Shown here piece after piece: positions 6,240 to 13,689 of a DNA stretch of 13,689 nucleotides. Location: IMG/VR virus record IMGVR_UViG_3300042898_001927. One strand, 5' to 3'. Under the pieces are notes generated by a model. The model did not search any database, was not told the DNA's origin, and saw only the letters and a list, made by a program, of their open reading frames with translations. The stretch is from a virus. Taxonomy: Duplodnaviria > Heunggongvirae > Uroviricota > Caudoviricetes. Within the stretch, counting starts at the first letter, position 1. Each line of letters opens with the position of its first letter. The position numbers and the translations under genes were made by a program.

Positions 6240-7043
6240 TTAAGGTACTGCTGGATAGTTAGTTGTCTTTACGTATGTGCTGGTTACTTTAGCGGCTGTA
6301 TATGAACCAGTCCAAGTGGCTTGCCAAGGATATTGACCCAGGCCACCGCCGGTGGCAATTACGCCTGTTAAGTTTTCATAAACCCACACTGTACCATCAA
6401 AGCGTACAGTTTCACTACCGTAAGTATAAGTGTCAGCCGGATATGGCGGAGATGCCGACCACGGGGAGTATCCAATCGGAGCTAACTTGCGCCAACTTTG
6501 GCCGGCGTAGAAACCGTACTCATCACCATACGGGCCATCCATCAGCACCCAAGCAGTGGCTTCGGGCTCTGCGATATTGGCAGGATCATCCATACCAAGA
6601 ACTGGTGGCCACGGGCGACCGATAGATAATGTGCTGGTAGTTCCTACAGTGCTGGTATTACTGGTGTATTTGTCCGCCAGTAAATCTATGTCATAGACGT
6701 TGCGAATTCTGTAAAAAGTAGAACTAGTATCCCCGCCCGCTTGTCTGCGTAACTGTGCAAGCTCTAACTTGGCTAACTGCCTGTCTACTTTGCTAGTAGC
6801 TGTTGATATGGTATTACTACTGTAAATTGTAGTAGCAGTAGTGATGCCATAAGATCCTAATGTACCACTGACTAACGCTGTAGAAGTTGTGGAAGGATTT
6901 AAAATGTAAAACTGCATAGTAGATGTGCTAACACCTTCTAAGACATTTACCAATGTTTTTAATTGTGCAACTGTGGTTGCTGTAGTAGCAGTGGTAGACA
7001 ACTTTGTAGCACTGTTGAGGAAACTTTGAACTAGGATAGGCAT
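6240..7043 (-). CDS. Hypothetical protein (267 aa), apparently bipartite, probably virion-associated
   Basis: ATG lies 6 nt after TAAATA and the gene ends in TAA. It has a Thr/Ser-rich N-terminus, a central helical RQLAKLELAQLRRQ...YDI..L..KY..N...GRPW segment, and an aromatic/Pro/Gly-rich C-terminal domain. No family is confidently recognised. Confidence 0.8.
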   Translation of the reverse strand: MPILVQSFLNSATKLSTTATTATTVAQLKTLVNVLEGVSTSTMQFYILNPSTTSTALVSGTLGSYGITTATTIYSSNTISTATSKVDRQLAKLELAQLRRQAGGDTSSTFYRIRNVYDIDLLADKYTSNTSTVGTTSTLSIGRPWPPVLGMDDPANIAEPEATAWVLMDGPYGDEYGFYAGQSWRKLAPIGYSPWSASPPYPADTYTYGSETVRFDGTVWVYENLTGVIATGGGLGQYPWQATWTGSYTAAKVTSTYVKTTNYPAVP

Positions 7044-7049
7044 AGTATA

Positions 7050-7055
7050 TATTTA
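7050..7055 (-). promoter_or_regulatory. Putative late promoter core TAAATA overlapping the desaturase stop codon
   Basis: Minus strand reads TAA(stop)ATA-TATACT-ATG. The TAA at 7053-7055 serves as both the desaturase stop and the first half of TAAATA, 6 nt before the start at 7043. Confidence 0.65.
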
Positions 7056-7757
7056 ACTCTTTAACTTGGCTAAACCTAAAAACTCTAGCCCTTTAATGTA
7101 CATCCAACCTATGTCAAATTCCCACCACTTCTGACTAAACTTAGGATTTGCGATATCTGCATGGTGATTGTTGTGCAATTCTTCCCCGCCTATCCATATG
7201 CCCCACGGCATTAGATTTTTACTCTTATCTTTGGTGTCAGTGTTGCGATATCCCCACCAATGGCCCATTCCGTTGATAAAACCAGCAGCCCAGAATGGAA
7301 TCCATATCATCTGAACACCCCACACTAGAAATCCCCACCAACCGAATAACAATACGTCTATAACCAACATTACGAGAATACCCAGTCGATGATGTGGTGT
7401 ATAAAGTTTACGTTCAATCCAATCTTTGGGAGTACCCATACCGTATTTCATAACCATGTCAGCATCACTGCCTGCACGATTGTAATACTTAACACCACCA
7501 AATACCAAGTTCCATATGCCGTATACATGTGGACTATGCGGGTCGCCTTCAACGTCTGTATTCTGATGATGCTTTCGATGGATGGCCACCCATTGCTTAG
7601 TAGTCATACCTGTAGTGAGCCATAGCCAAAAACGCATAGCGTGTGCTAATACTGGGTGAAACTCAACACCCCTATGACTTTGACTACGATGTAGATATAG
7701 TGTTACTGACACTATGGTCAAGTGTGTTGCTATGAGTATGAATAAGATTTCCGTCAT
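7053..7757 (-). CDS. desA: Membrane-bound delta-9-type fatty acid (acyl-lipid/acyl-CoA) desaturase, proteobacterial DesA-like, compact 234-aa form
   Basis: All three histidine boxes are present: HRSQSH (23-28), HRKHH (60-64) and HNNHH (195-199). It also carries NGMGH, DPHSP, GGEELHNNHH and KWWEFDIGW motifs and hydrophobic membrane segments. The symbol follows the Pseudomonas/proteobacterial usage of desA. Confidence 0.93.
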   Translation of the reverse strand: MTEILFILIATHLTIVSVTLYLHRSQSHRGVEFHPVLAHAMRFWLWLTTGMTTKQWVAIHRKHHQNTDVEGDPHSPHVYGIWNLVFGGVKYYNRAGSDADMVMKYGMGTPKDWIERKLYTPHHRLGILVMLVIDVLLFGWWGFLVWGVQMIWIPFWAAGFINGMGHWWGYRNTDTKDKSKNLMPWGIWIGGEELHNNHHADIANPKFSQKWWEFDIGWMYIKGLEFLGLAKLKS

Positions 7758-7760
7758 TGG

Positions 7761-9035
7761 TTACCAAATAAATGTATGGGTTTCGCCGGCAGTAAAGCTA
7801 TTCGAGCCTCCTACAACAAAAAACCAGTTGCCATCGAGATCTGCCTGTACTACAGTGTTCGCTAAAAATCTACCAGTGACTGATGATATAATACGTGCTC
7901 CTTGAGGAACAGATGCGACCCAAGCATTGTTAGTAGGATTGTTCTCTATGTGAACGTTGCTAGATCCTTGATTACCTGCCGGATGAGTAGCAGTATATCT
8001 ATTGACAAATGTTGTGCTGGCAGTTACACCTGTGTTAGTAATAGTGTGGGTGCTAGAACTGATATCAACTAACGGAGTGTTTGAGTCTAAGAACAGTTTA
8101 GTATTTGCGTCAACACCATAAGTTACTGTAGGTGTAAATGCCGCGGAATACTTAGCTGAGTTGCTGATTCTAACCATGGCCATTTTACCGTTTAAGGTGC
8201 CACCGTTTGGCGGACTCAAGCGGCCAATACGTAATGGGTCTGTAGAGTTGGTATAACTGGCTGTGCCCACATTACCACTGACTCTGGTCTGTTCAAAGCC
8301 GTTGTAAAATACTTTCTGTGTGCCTGCGTTATTAGCAATGGCCACATGAGTCCATTGACCCGGTGTAGGTTCTGTATATCTCACATCGTCGTTGGCGTTA
8401 TTGGCCACTGACAAGAATACCAGTTTATTATCACTCAATGCTACAACTACGCTGTTGGTAGCACCCCATCCACCTTGGTTGAGTAATCCCCAGATGCCGC
8501 CGCCTGCCGTTGATGATGCAGCATTGGCGTTGAGCCAAAACTCTATAGTCCAAGTTGTGCCCAAGTTGAAATCTGAACTGGCCGCTACTAATAAGTTATC
8601 GTTTTGATTTTCAACAAATTCTAGGCTGAATGGTGGCTCAGGTGCTAGGCTTGTATCAGTAATAGTCAATGTCTCATTGAGTAAATTGTTGCCGCCCAAC
8701 GTCGTGCCTACTTGTAACAGATAATTTTGGTTGCCTTCAGTGGTGAGATCCTCTGTGGTGGTCCAACTAAAACTAGTACTACCAGTACCACTTATTTGGA
8801 AATTTCCGAGCTGTGCGCCACCGGGCTCATCAGCGATAAAGTCATCGTTAGATGTGCCATCATTCACAATCTGCCAATATATGGTAGTTGACGGATAGTT
8901 TTCGTAGTCCACAGTTACGGTATTGGTTGATCCTTCATTCATCGACGATACCCAACCGTAGATGTTGATAGCAGGACTTCCGCCACCTAAACCACTGCTG
9001 GCAATGGCTCCTATTAATGCTTGAACAATACTCAT
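7761..9035 (-). CDS. Virion/tail-associated protein with Calx-beta-like domain and LamG/concanavalin-A-like jelly-roll (424 aa)
   Basis: The N-terminal S.NEGST.TVTV......TIYW.I...T...DF...EDLTTEG...L.V....TITDTS pattern is Calx-beta-like. The central DFNLGTTWTIEFW...GQWTHVAI......KVFYNG...LRIG....NGKM..VRISN..KY...FTP....NTKL pattern is Laminin_G_3-like. A ~80-aa C-terminal extra domain follows. An AGGA SD lies 6 nt upstream. Confidence 0.85.
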   Translation of the reverse strand: MSIVQALIGAIASSGLGGGSPAINIYGWVSSMNEGSTNTVTVDYENYPSTTIYWQIVNDGTSNDDFIADEPGGAQLGNFQISGTGSTSFSWTTTEDLTTEGNQNYLLQVGTTLGGNNLLNETLTITDTSLAPEPPFSLEFVENQNDNLLVAASSDFNLGTTWTIEFWLNANAASSTAGGGIWGLLNQGGWGATNSVVVALSDNKLVFLSVANNANDDVRYTEPTPGQWTHVAIANNAGTQKVFYNGFEQTRVSGNVGTASYTNSTDPLRIGRLSPPNGGTLNGKMAMVRISNSAKYSAAFTPTVTYGVDANTKLFLDSNTPLVDISSSTHTITNTGVTASTTFVNRYTATHPAGNQGSSNVHIENNPTNNAWVASVPQGARIISSVTGRFLANTVVQADLDGNWFFVVGGSNSFTAGETHTFIW

Positions 9036-9041
9036 TGTTGG

Positions 9042-9045
9042 TCCT
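9042..9045 (-). promoter_or_regulatory. Shine-Dalgarno site (AGGA) overlapping the upstream stop codon
   Basis: Minus strand reads TAAGGA-CCAACA-ATG(9035). This is the only clear SD among the gene starts visible in the window. Confidence 0.65.
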
Positions 9046-12000
9046 TAAGGGTTGTTGACGGAAATGTCAGCACCAGCTACCATCCAGATATCACCGTGGT
9101 CGTCAGCATCATCTGACTCAGTGCCTTCTTTGATCTTAATCAAGGTAATCATTTGTCCACTACCGTTGTCAGCAAAACTAATATTAGCAGTTTTGTCATC
9201 ACCACCTGAGAACCACATTTGACCTTCAAGGTTGTCACTTGATTCACAGGTCACATAAGCATCATTGCCACTGATGTTGACGATAGTTACAGTATACCCA
9301 ACTGGTAGTGAGACTTTTTGCCAGTTAGGAATAATCACCTCATAGTTGCTGTCTTCAATAAGAATATGTCTGCCTGAGTCTTCTGGTTTCAGTGTATAAC
9401 CACCAGCACTGATCCGCACCTGTGGCACAATGGCTGTGCTGAATGTCTGACGACTACCATCAGCAAACTCAATGGCACCGCCCTCATTGCTCAGGATGGT
9501 CTGTGGATAGAATGTGAATTCTTCGTTAGGATAGTCAGTGTAGTAATGTTTGATGTTGTCCACCGCAGTAATACTGCTAGACTGAACTGTGGCAGTAAAT
9601 GTGGTTGCTGTGTTACCACTTAGACGCCAAACTTTGATTCGGTCATCGTTGGGTTCCACATACTTCCATAGGCCGTGCTCTCCCAGTCCTGTGCCGTCTA
9701 ATGGCAGTGTAACTATAAACGCATTGTCCGTGTCATCATCTGGAGCATCAGTGTAGCCTACCAATGTAAACTGGTCGCCATGTATGCTCAGCGCCCGGTT
9801 GCCATTGCTTTCATAACACATCTGAGTGTCGCTTTCGTAAACACCCCACATACGCTTCCATATGAATTCACCGTCAGTGTCTAACTTGACAATCGCAATG
9901 GCCTGATCATCAAAAAACTCAAAGTCATCGTCGAATTCCCACGCAATTACTATCTCATCTGTGGCAGGATCAACTGCTACACTGATGTTGCTTTCTGGAC
10001 TATACCAACTGCCACCATTGCTGGATCCAATACCAATAAACTGTTGCCATATGATGTTTAAGTTGCTGTCCAACTTGGTGACTAATACTTCGTCAGTCTC
10101 ATCTCTTCCATCGTTATACATTTCATGAACTACAACAATACTGTCGTTAGCCATCAGAGCCACTGCACCGCTGTAGGCGTTGTTCTCACCCATGTTGTTG
10201 TTGACAAACTTGCTGGCCACGATTGTGCCTGTGCTGGAATACTTGACTACTAGGGCTTGGTCATAGTTGACTTCATATTGTCCTTGACCCACGGCATACA
10301 AGTGTGTGCCAGCGGCATTCCACGCTACTCCACTGAATTGGTCATTGCTTGCGCCGCCAATAACTGGCGTCATGTCTGGTGTCCAAACAAATGCCTCACC
10401 ACCCAAGTTCTGTTTGATGGCAAATGTTGTGCCGGTTGCGGCATAGTCAACAGTGTCATTGGTTGCTATCTGTAGGTGTGTTGTTGAATGTGTACCACTA
10501 AAGTTTAAAGTCTCTAATGCTGTACCGCTCACAGAACTGGCTGTAACAATGAGGTTGTTGGTAGATGTTGTTCCACCAGCAAAATTTGTTCCCAGAATAG
10601 TAATGACATCACCCACTACATAGTTTGTTCCAGCACTAGACCAACTGCCGTTATCAACAGCACCAGTAGTAGCATCAAAGTATATAAAAAATACTGCTCC
10701 ACTACCTGTATTGTAGTTTGTGCCTGATACCGCAGTAGCAGTAGCACTAGAGATTCCAGTGGCTGTTCCTACATTGCTTACACTGCTAATAACACCTGCT
10801 TCTACAGCATCTACTGTAATGATGATGTCGTTGGCTGGTGTTGCTCCAGTACCGTAAGTGCCATCGCTCACAGTAATACTGTAGAGGCTTGTACCGCTAG
10901 TTCCAAAGAAACTAAGATCACCAACCTCATACAGTGCGTTCCCTTCAAATTCTCCAACAGTAACCACACTAGTTGATGTAGTCATACCACCGTACACAAG
11001 TGTAAGCGTTGTTCCTGTGGTTATTAATGATATAATACTTGTAAGTGCGGAGTCAACGCCTACATACCAAGGAGCAAAAATACCACCGGTACCAGCAAAA
11101 TTTACTTGTCCAGCTGTATATTCAGCACCCTCAGTAAATGTGGTAGTATTCTCAGCACCAGTTAAACTTGTACCTAAAATCTTGATCTTGTGTCCTGGTA
11201 GATAGTTGGTATTGGCCGACGCGGTCAAGCCAACACTATAAGTTCCATTACCGTTGTTGATGATGTTAAACGTAGCACCACTACCTTGTTGTAATGTGCC
11301 AGTTAGACCTTCATAATAGTTTACACTCGTAACCTGTGCTTGGTCAGTGATACCAGTGCCGATAATCCACCAGTCACCACTACTGCTGCCGCCCGGAATA
11401 CTTTCGCCTGGGAAGTGTTCAGTGTCGATGTCTGCCTTGGTAACCCATAGTTTATCTACCGCACTGCCCGCCAATGGAGTAATAGTACCGTATTCTGCGT
11501 ATTCGTTAAACTTTTCACCAACTACAGCAATCTTACCAGTTGAACTGATGTCAATATCATAAGCGTAGATATCTCCCTCGTCTTGTAAGGTAGTTGTGCT
11601 GACCACTGTGCCTGACCCCGAATCAATGGTCAGTATCACTGTTTCTGTCCAGCCACTGTCAAGACTATCACCCATTGACGTTGGAGTTGTAACAACCACA
11701 ACAATGTTGCCAGACACAGGATTGTAGGCCATTGACCTTATTTCGCAATCTGCGTTGTCATTAAAGTCTTGAACAGTGGTATATGTATCTGAAAGGCCGG
11801 TCGCACCTACACCGCTCACAATGGTAACTGTGTCCACTTCTCCAACATAGTCAGTGCCATTGAGTATAGAGGCCACTTCTAACACTAATGTATTGCTGGC
11901 ATTGCCTCCAAGATCGTCTCCGTCAATAAGTATCCTATCACCTACTTTATAGCCATTGCCGCCGTTGGTCACTGTGGGAGTAGCATAAGTGCCGGTAGTG

Positions 12001-13688
12001 ACAACAACAGTAAACTGTGCCCCGTCGCCACTAAATAGTTCTCGCTGCCATACTACTGCACCTTCTGGTGTGAATTTGTAAATGTGAGCACGATTGCCTT
12101 CCCAGTCGTCACTACCTATAACATAGGCAAATCCTTCTGCGTCGTGACATACACTTTCAAACCAAATGTCCTCGCTATCGTTAGGGAACAAGCCATACAT
12201 TGTGGCATAACCCAACTGACGTTGTTGCAGGCGAATGTCAGCATCTGCTGGTGCTGTAAATGTGCCGTCTTTGCCAAATGTCCAAGTGTTAACCTTGCTG
12301 GATGTGCGTCTTACGCTGATACCCACTGCCTGTGTGACAATGCCAGCTGAGCCTTCTTCGGTCATGGCAATATCAGTTTGTAATGCTGTTGGACCGTTGA
12401 CTGCCACTAACGTGTTGGTCAATCTACCCGGAATACGGCTTGTTGACAGTGACCAACCTTCTGCTGACCACGCTGTGGCCGCAGTATCAAACTGTGCTAG
12501 GAAGCCTTGAGTAAAATAATCTTCATCGGTGCCAGGTGTTTCGTCTACAATGTCTGGGCCACTTGCTCCCAGTCTAACCGCGCCACCAATAAGTATCTTG
12601 TCTCCCTGCACTGATATATTATCGGCCACACTGTCATTCCAAGGAGCATCATTGACATCACCTGGAATTTCTTGTGAGTTGGGATTGTCAAAATAACTCT
12701 GCCATACCACAGCACCTGTGGTTTTGTTGTATCGGGCTAGAGCCAATGTAGCATTCCAATATCCTAAACTTGAATCTGCTTGACCTGCTGATTTTCTTTG
12801 ATAAGTGCTGGCCAACAGGTATAAGTCGCCATCGTCACCTACCGCTGTGCTGACACCTACCCAATCACATTGTCCCGGACCAACTCTACGATCCCACACT
12901 ATCGCACCCAGTGTGGTCATTTTGAATAAGAAAACAGCATTGCTTTTCTTGGAGTTGGGGCCGCCACCGCTGAAACTATCTGATTCTGCGTTGTCAACAT
13001 AGTAGGTGCCAGTAACATAACTGTTGCCCACGCTGTCAAGGCTGACATTAAAAGCACCGCCTTGAGGTGTTTCGCTGTCAAGTCTCACTGACTTTTGCCA
13101 ACTCGATCCGCCCGACGCAGTGATTTTTGCCACTAATATTTCTGAATCAGTTTCTGTGGCACCGTTGACTGTGTGTTCAACTTCTGCGCCACCTACCGCA
13201 ATGATGTCGTTGTTAAAATCAACTGCCACTGAAGCAATGGCTGAGAAGCCGCTGTCAACTGTCAAGGACTTTTGCCAAGTGATGTCAGTGGCAGTGGGGT
13301 TCAATTTGGCCACAAACCCTGTGGTTTCGCCGCTGCTAGGAAAGAAAAAATCACCACCAATGATGATGTTGTTGTTGCTGTCAACTGCCATAGCTCTAAT
13401 ATTAAAATCTTCAGTAAACGCTAATTCTTCACTGAATATAACAGCGCCGGTACTACCATTGATTTTGACAATATTTTTAAGTTGTGTATCATCTGGATTC
13501 ACAGCAAGTAAGATGTTGTCATCACTGTCAACCACAGCATTGCTTTCTGGATAGCGGCTATTGTCAACAGCACCTATGCTCTTCTTCCAAACTAATTCGC
13601 CTGCGGATGTGAACTTGGCAACTACTACTCCATCATCGCTATAGAGTTCAATTCGACCAACAACAATGGCATTGCCCTCACTGTCGTA
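9045..13688 (-). CDS. Very large beta-propeller-repeat virion/tail-fibre-like protein; 5'-partial (>1548 aa)
   Basis: The frame stays open beyond the ORF-track GTG at 13535 to the window edge (YDSEGNAIVVGRIELYSDDGVVVAKFTSAGELVWKKSIG...), so the true start lies outside the window. Blade motifs recur ((D/N)SxGN..V.G and (V/L)xK(F/L)...G...W(Q/K)(R/K)). There are three (G/T)NxYxxG(D/H)xIxIxGxxLxG....N.(L/I)...V modules. The C-terminal YTL.PEDSGRHILI....IIP....V.LPVGY.VTIVN...W.VAG domain is of a type common at phage fibre ends. Confidence 0.88.
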   Translation of the reverse strand, partial: YDSEGNAIVVGRIELYSDDGVVVAKFTSAGELVWKKSIGAVDNSRYPESNAVVDSDDNILLAVNPDDTQLKNIVKINGSTGAVIFSEELAFTEDFNIRAMAVDSNNNIIIGGDFFFPSSGETTGFVAKLNPTATDITWQKSLTVDSGFSAIASVAVDFNNDIIAVGGAEVEHTVNGATETDSEILVAKITASGGSSWQKSVRLDSETPQGGAFNVSLDSVGNSYVTGTYYVDNAESDSFSGGGPNSKKSNAVFLFKMTTLGAIVWDRRVGPGQCDWVGVSTAVGDDGDLYLLASTYQRKSAGQADSSLGYWNATLALARYNKTTGAVVWQSYFDNPNSQEIPGDVNDAPWNDSVADNISVQGDKILIGGAVRLGASGPDIVDETPGTDEDYFTQGFLAQFDTAATAWSAEGWSLSTSRIPGRLTNTLVAVNGPTALQTDIAMTEEGSAGIVTQAVGISVRRTSSKVNTWTFGKDGTFTAPADADIRLQQRQLGYATMYGLFPNDSEDIWFESVCHDAEGFAYVIGSDDWEGNRAHIYKFTPEGAVVWQRELFSGDGAQFTVVVTTGTYATPTVTNGGNGYKVGDRILIDGDDLGGNASNTLVLEVASILNGTDYVGEVDTVTIVSGVGATGLSDTYTTVQDFNDNADCEIRSMAYNPVSGNIVVVVTTPTSMGDSLDSGWTETVILTIDSGSGTVVSTTTLQDEGDIYAYDIDISSTGKIAVVGEKFNEYAEYGTITPLAGSAVDKLWVTKADIDTEHFPGESIPGGSSSGDWWIIGTGITDQAQVTSVNYYEGLTGTLQQGSGATFNIINNGNGTYSVGLTASANTNYLPGHKIKILGTSLTGAENTTTFTEGAEYTAGQVNFAGTGGIFAPWYVGVDSALTSIISLITTGTTLTLVYGGMTTSTSVVTVGEFEGNALYEVGDLSFFGTSGTSLYSITVSDGTYGTGATPANDIIITVDAVEAGVISSVSNVGTATGISSATATAVSGTNYNTGSGAVFFIYFDATTGAVDNGSWSSAGTNYVVGDVITILGTNFAGGTTSTNNLIVTASSVSGTALETLNFSGTHSTTHLQIATNDTVDYAATGTTFAIKQNLGGEAFVWTPDMTPVIGGASNDQFSGVAWNAAGTHLYAVGQGQYEVNYDQALVVKYSSTGTIVASKFVNNNMGENNAYSGAVALMANDSIVVVHEMYNDGRDETDEVLVTKLDSNLNIIWQQFIGIGSSNGGSWYSPESNISVAVDPATDEIVIAWEFDDDFEFFDDQAIAIVKLDTDGEFIWKRMWGVYESDTQMCYESNGNRALSIHGDQFTLVGYTDAPDDDTDNAFIVTLPLDGTGLGEHGLWKYVEPNDDRIKVWRLSGNTATTFTATVQSSSITAVDNIKHYYTDYPNEEFTFYPQTILSNEGGAIEFADGSRQTFSTAIVPQVRISAGGYTLKPEDSGRHILIEDSNYEVIIPNWQKVSLPVGYTVTIVNISGNDAYVTCESSDNLEGQMWFSGGDDKTANISFADNGSGQMITLIKIKEGTESDDADDHGDIWMVAGADISVNNP

Positions 13689-13689
13689 G

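Larger units (their letters stand above)
1..13689 (-). other. Segment of a large tailed dsDNA phage genome: late/virion accessory (fibre and adhesin) gene region
   Basis: Co-oriented, tightly packed genes with 3-21 nt gaps apart from one 147-nt gap. Products are collagen-like, Ig-like, LamG and beta-propeller proteins typical of phage virion appendages. A T4-late-like TAAATA box recurs before starts. There are no cellular housekeeping genes. Host and taxonomy cannot be fixed from this window. Confidence 0.85.

Noticed and set aside
7761-8010. Diversity-generating retroelement variable region at the Asn-rich C-terminus of the LamG protein
   Set aside because: The window has no second near-identical copy differing at adenines and no reverse transcriptase.
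10842-11162. Intein or self-splicing intron in the large gene
   Set aside because: It has no intein terminal residues, no homing-endonuclease motifs and no group I/II intron structure, and it is an open in-frame insert.
578-13554. Plus-strand ORFs in the track (e.g. 578-829, 2084-2359, 4356-4976, 5673-5864, 5951-6262, 6302-6625, 12084-12350, 13120-13554)
   Set aside because: They lie antisense to well-supported minus-strand genes. Their translations mirror the codon periodicity of those genes (Val/Pro/Ala-rich or Cys/Gln/Arg-rich). They show no recognisable domains, and I saw no SD or TAAATA box at their starts.
1-13689. Alternative genetic code (TAG or TGA reassignment, as in some large phages)
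   Set aside because: All long genes are uninterrupted under the standard code. The exclusive use of TAA at seven stops is compatible with recoding but is not evidence for it.

Overview
This window is most likely part of the late (virion-protein) region of a large tailed dsDNA phage. All eight supportable CDSs lie on the minus strand. In transcription order (right to left) they are: (1) a >1548-aa beta-propeller/tail-fibre-like protein, 5'-truncated by the window edge (9045..>13688); (2) a Calx-beta-like plus LamG/ConA protein; (3) a delta-9-type membrane fatty-acid desaturase; (4) a 267-aa unknown protein that looks chimeric; (5) a signal-peptide-bearing staphylococcal-nuclease-like protein; (6) a 95-aa acidic protein; (7) a 1121-aa almost proline-free Gly-X-Y (GYTGSx) collagen-like fibre with four repeated interrupting domains; and (8) a GTG-initiated tandem Ig-like repeat protein that runs off the left edge (<1..1938) and is missing from the ORF track. 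Five genes have a T4-late-type TAAATA/TATAAGTA box only 4-7 nt before the start codon, which suggests leaderless or near-leaderless mRNAs. The only sizeable intergenic gap (5629..5775) holds a compact, minus-strand-specific multi-hairpin element that is a candidate unassigned structured RNA. The other ORF-track entries appear to be antisense or alternative-frame shadows. All family calls come from motif recognition by eye, with no database searches. GC and GC3 figures are hand counts.
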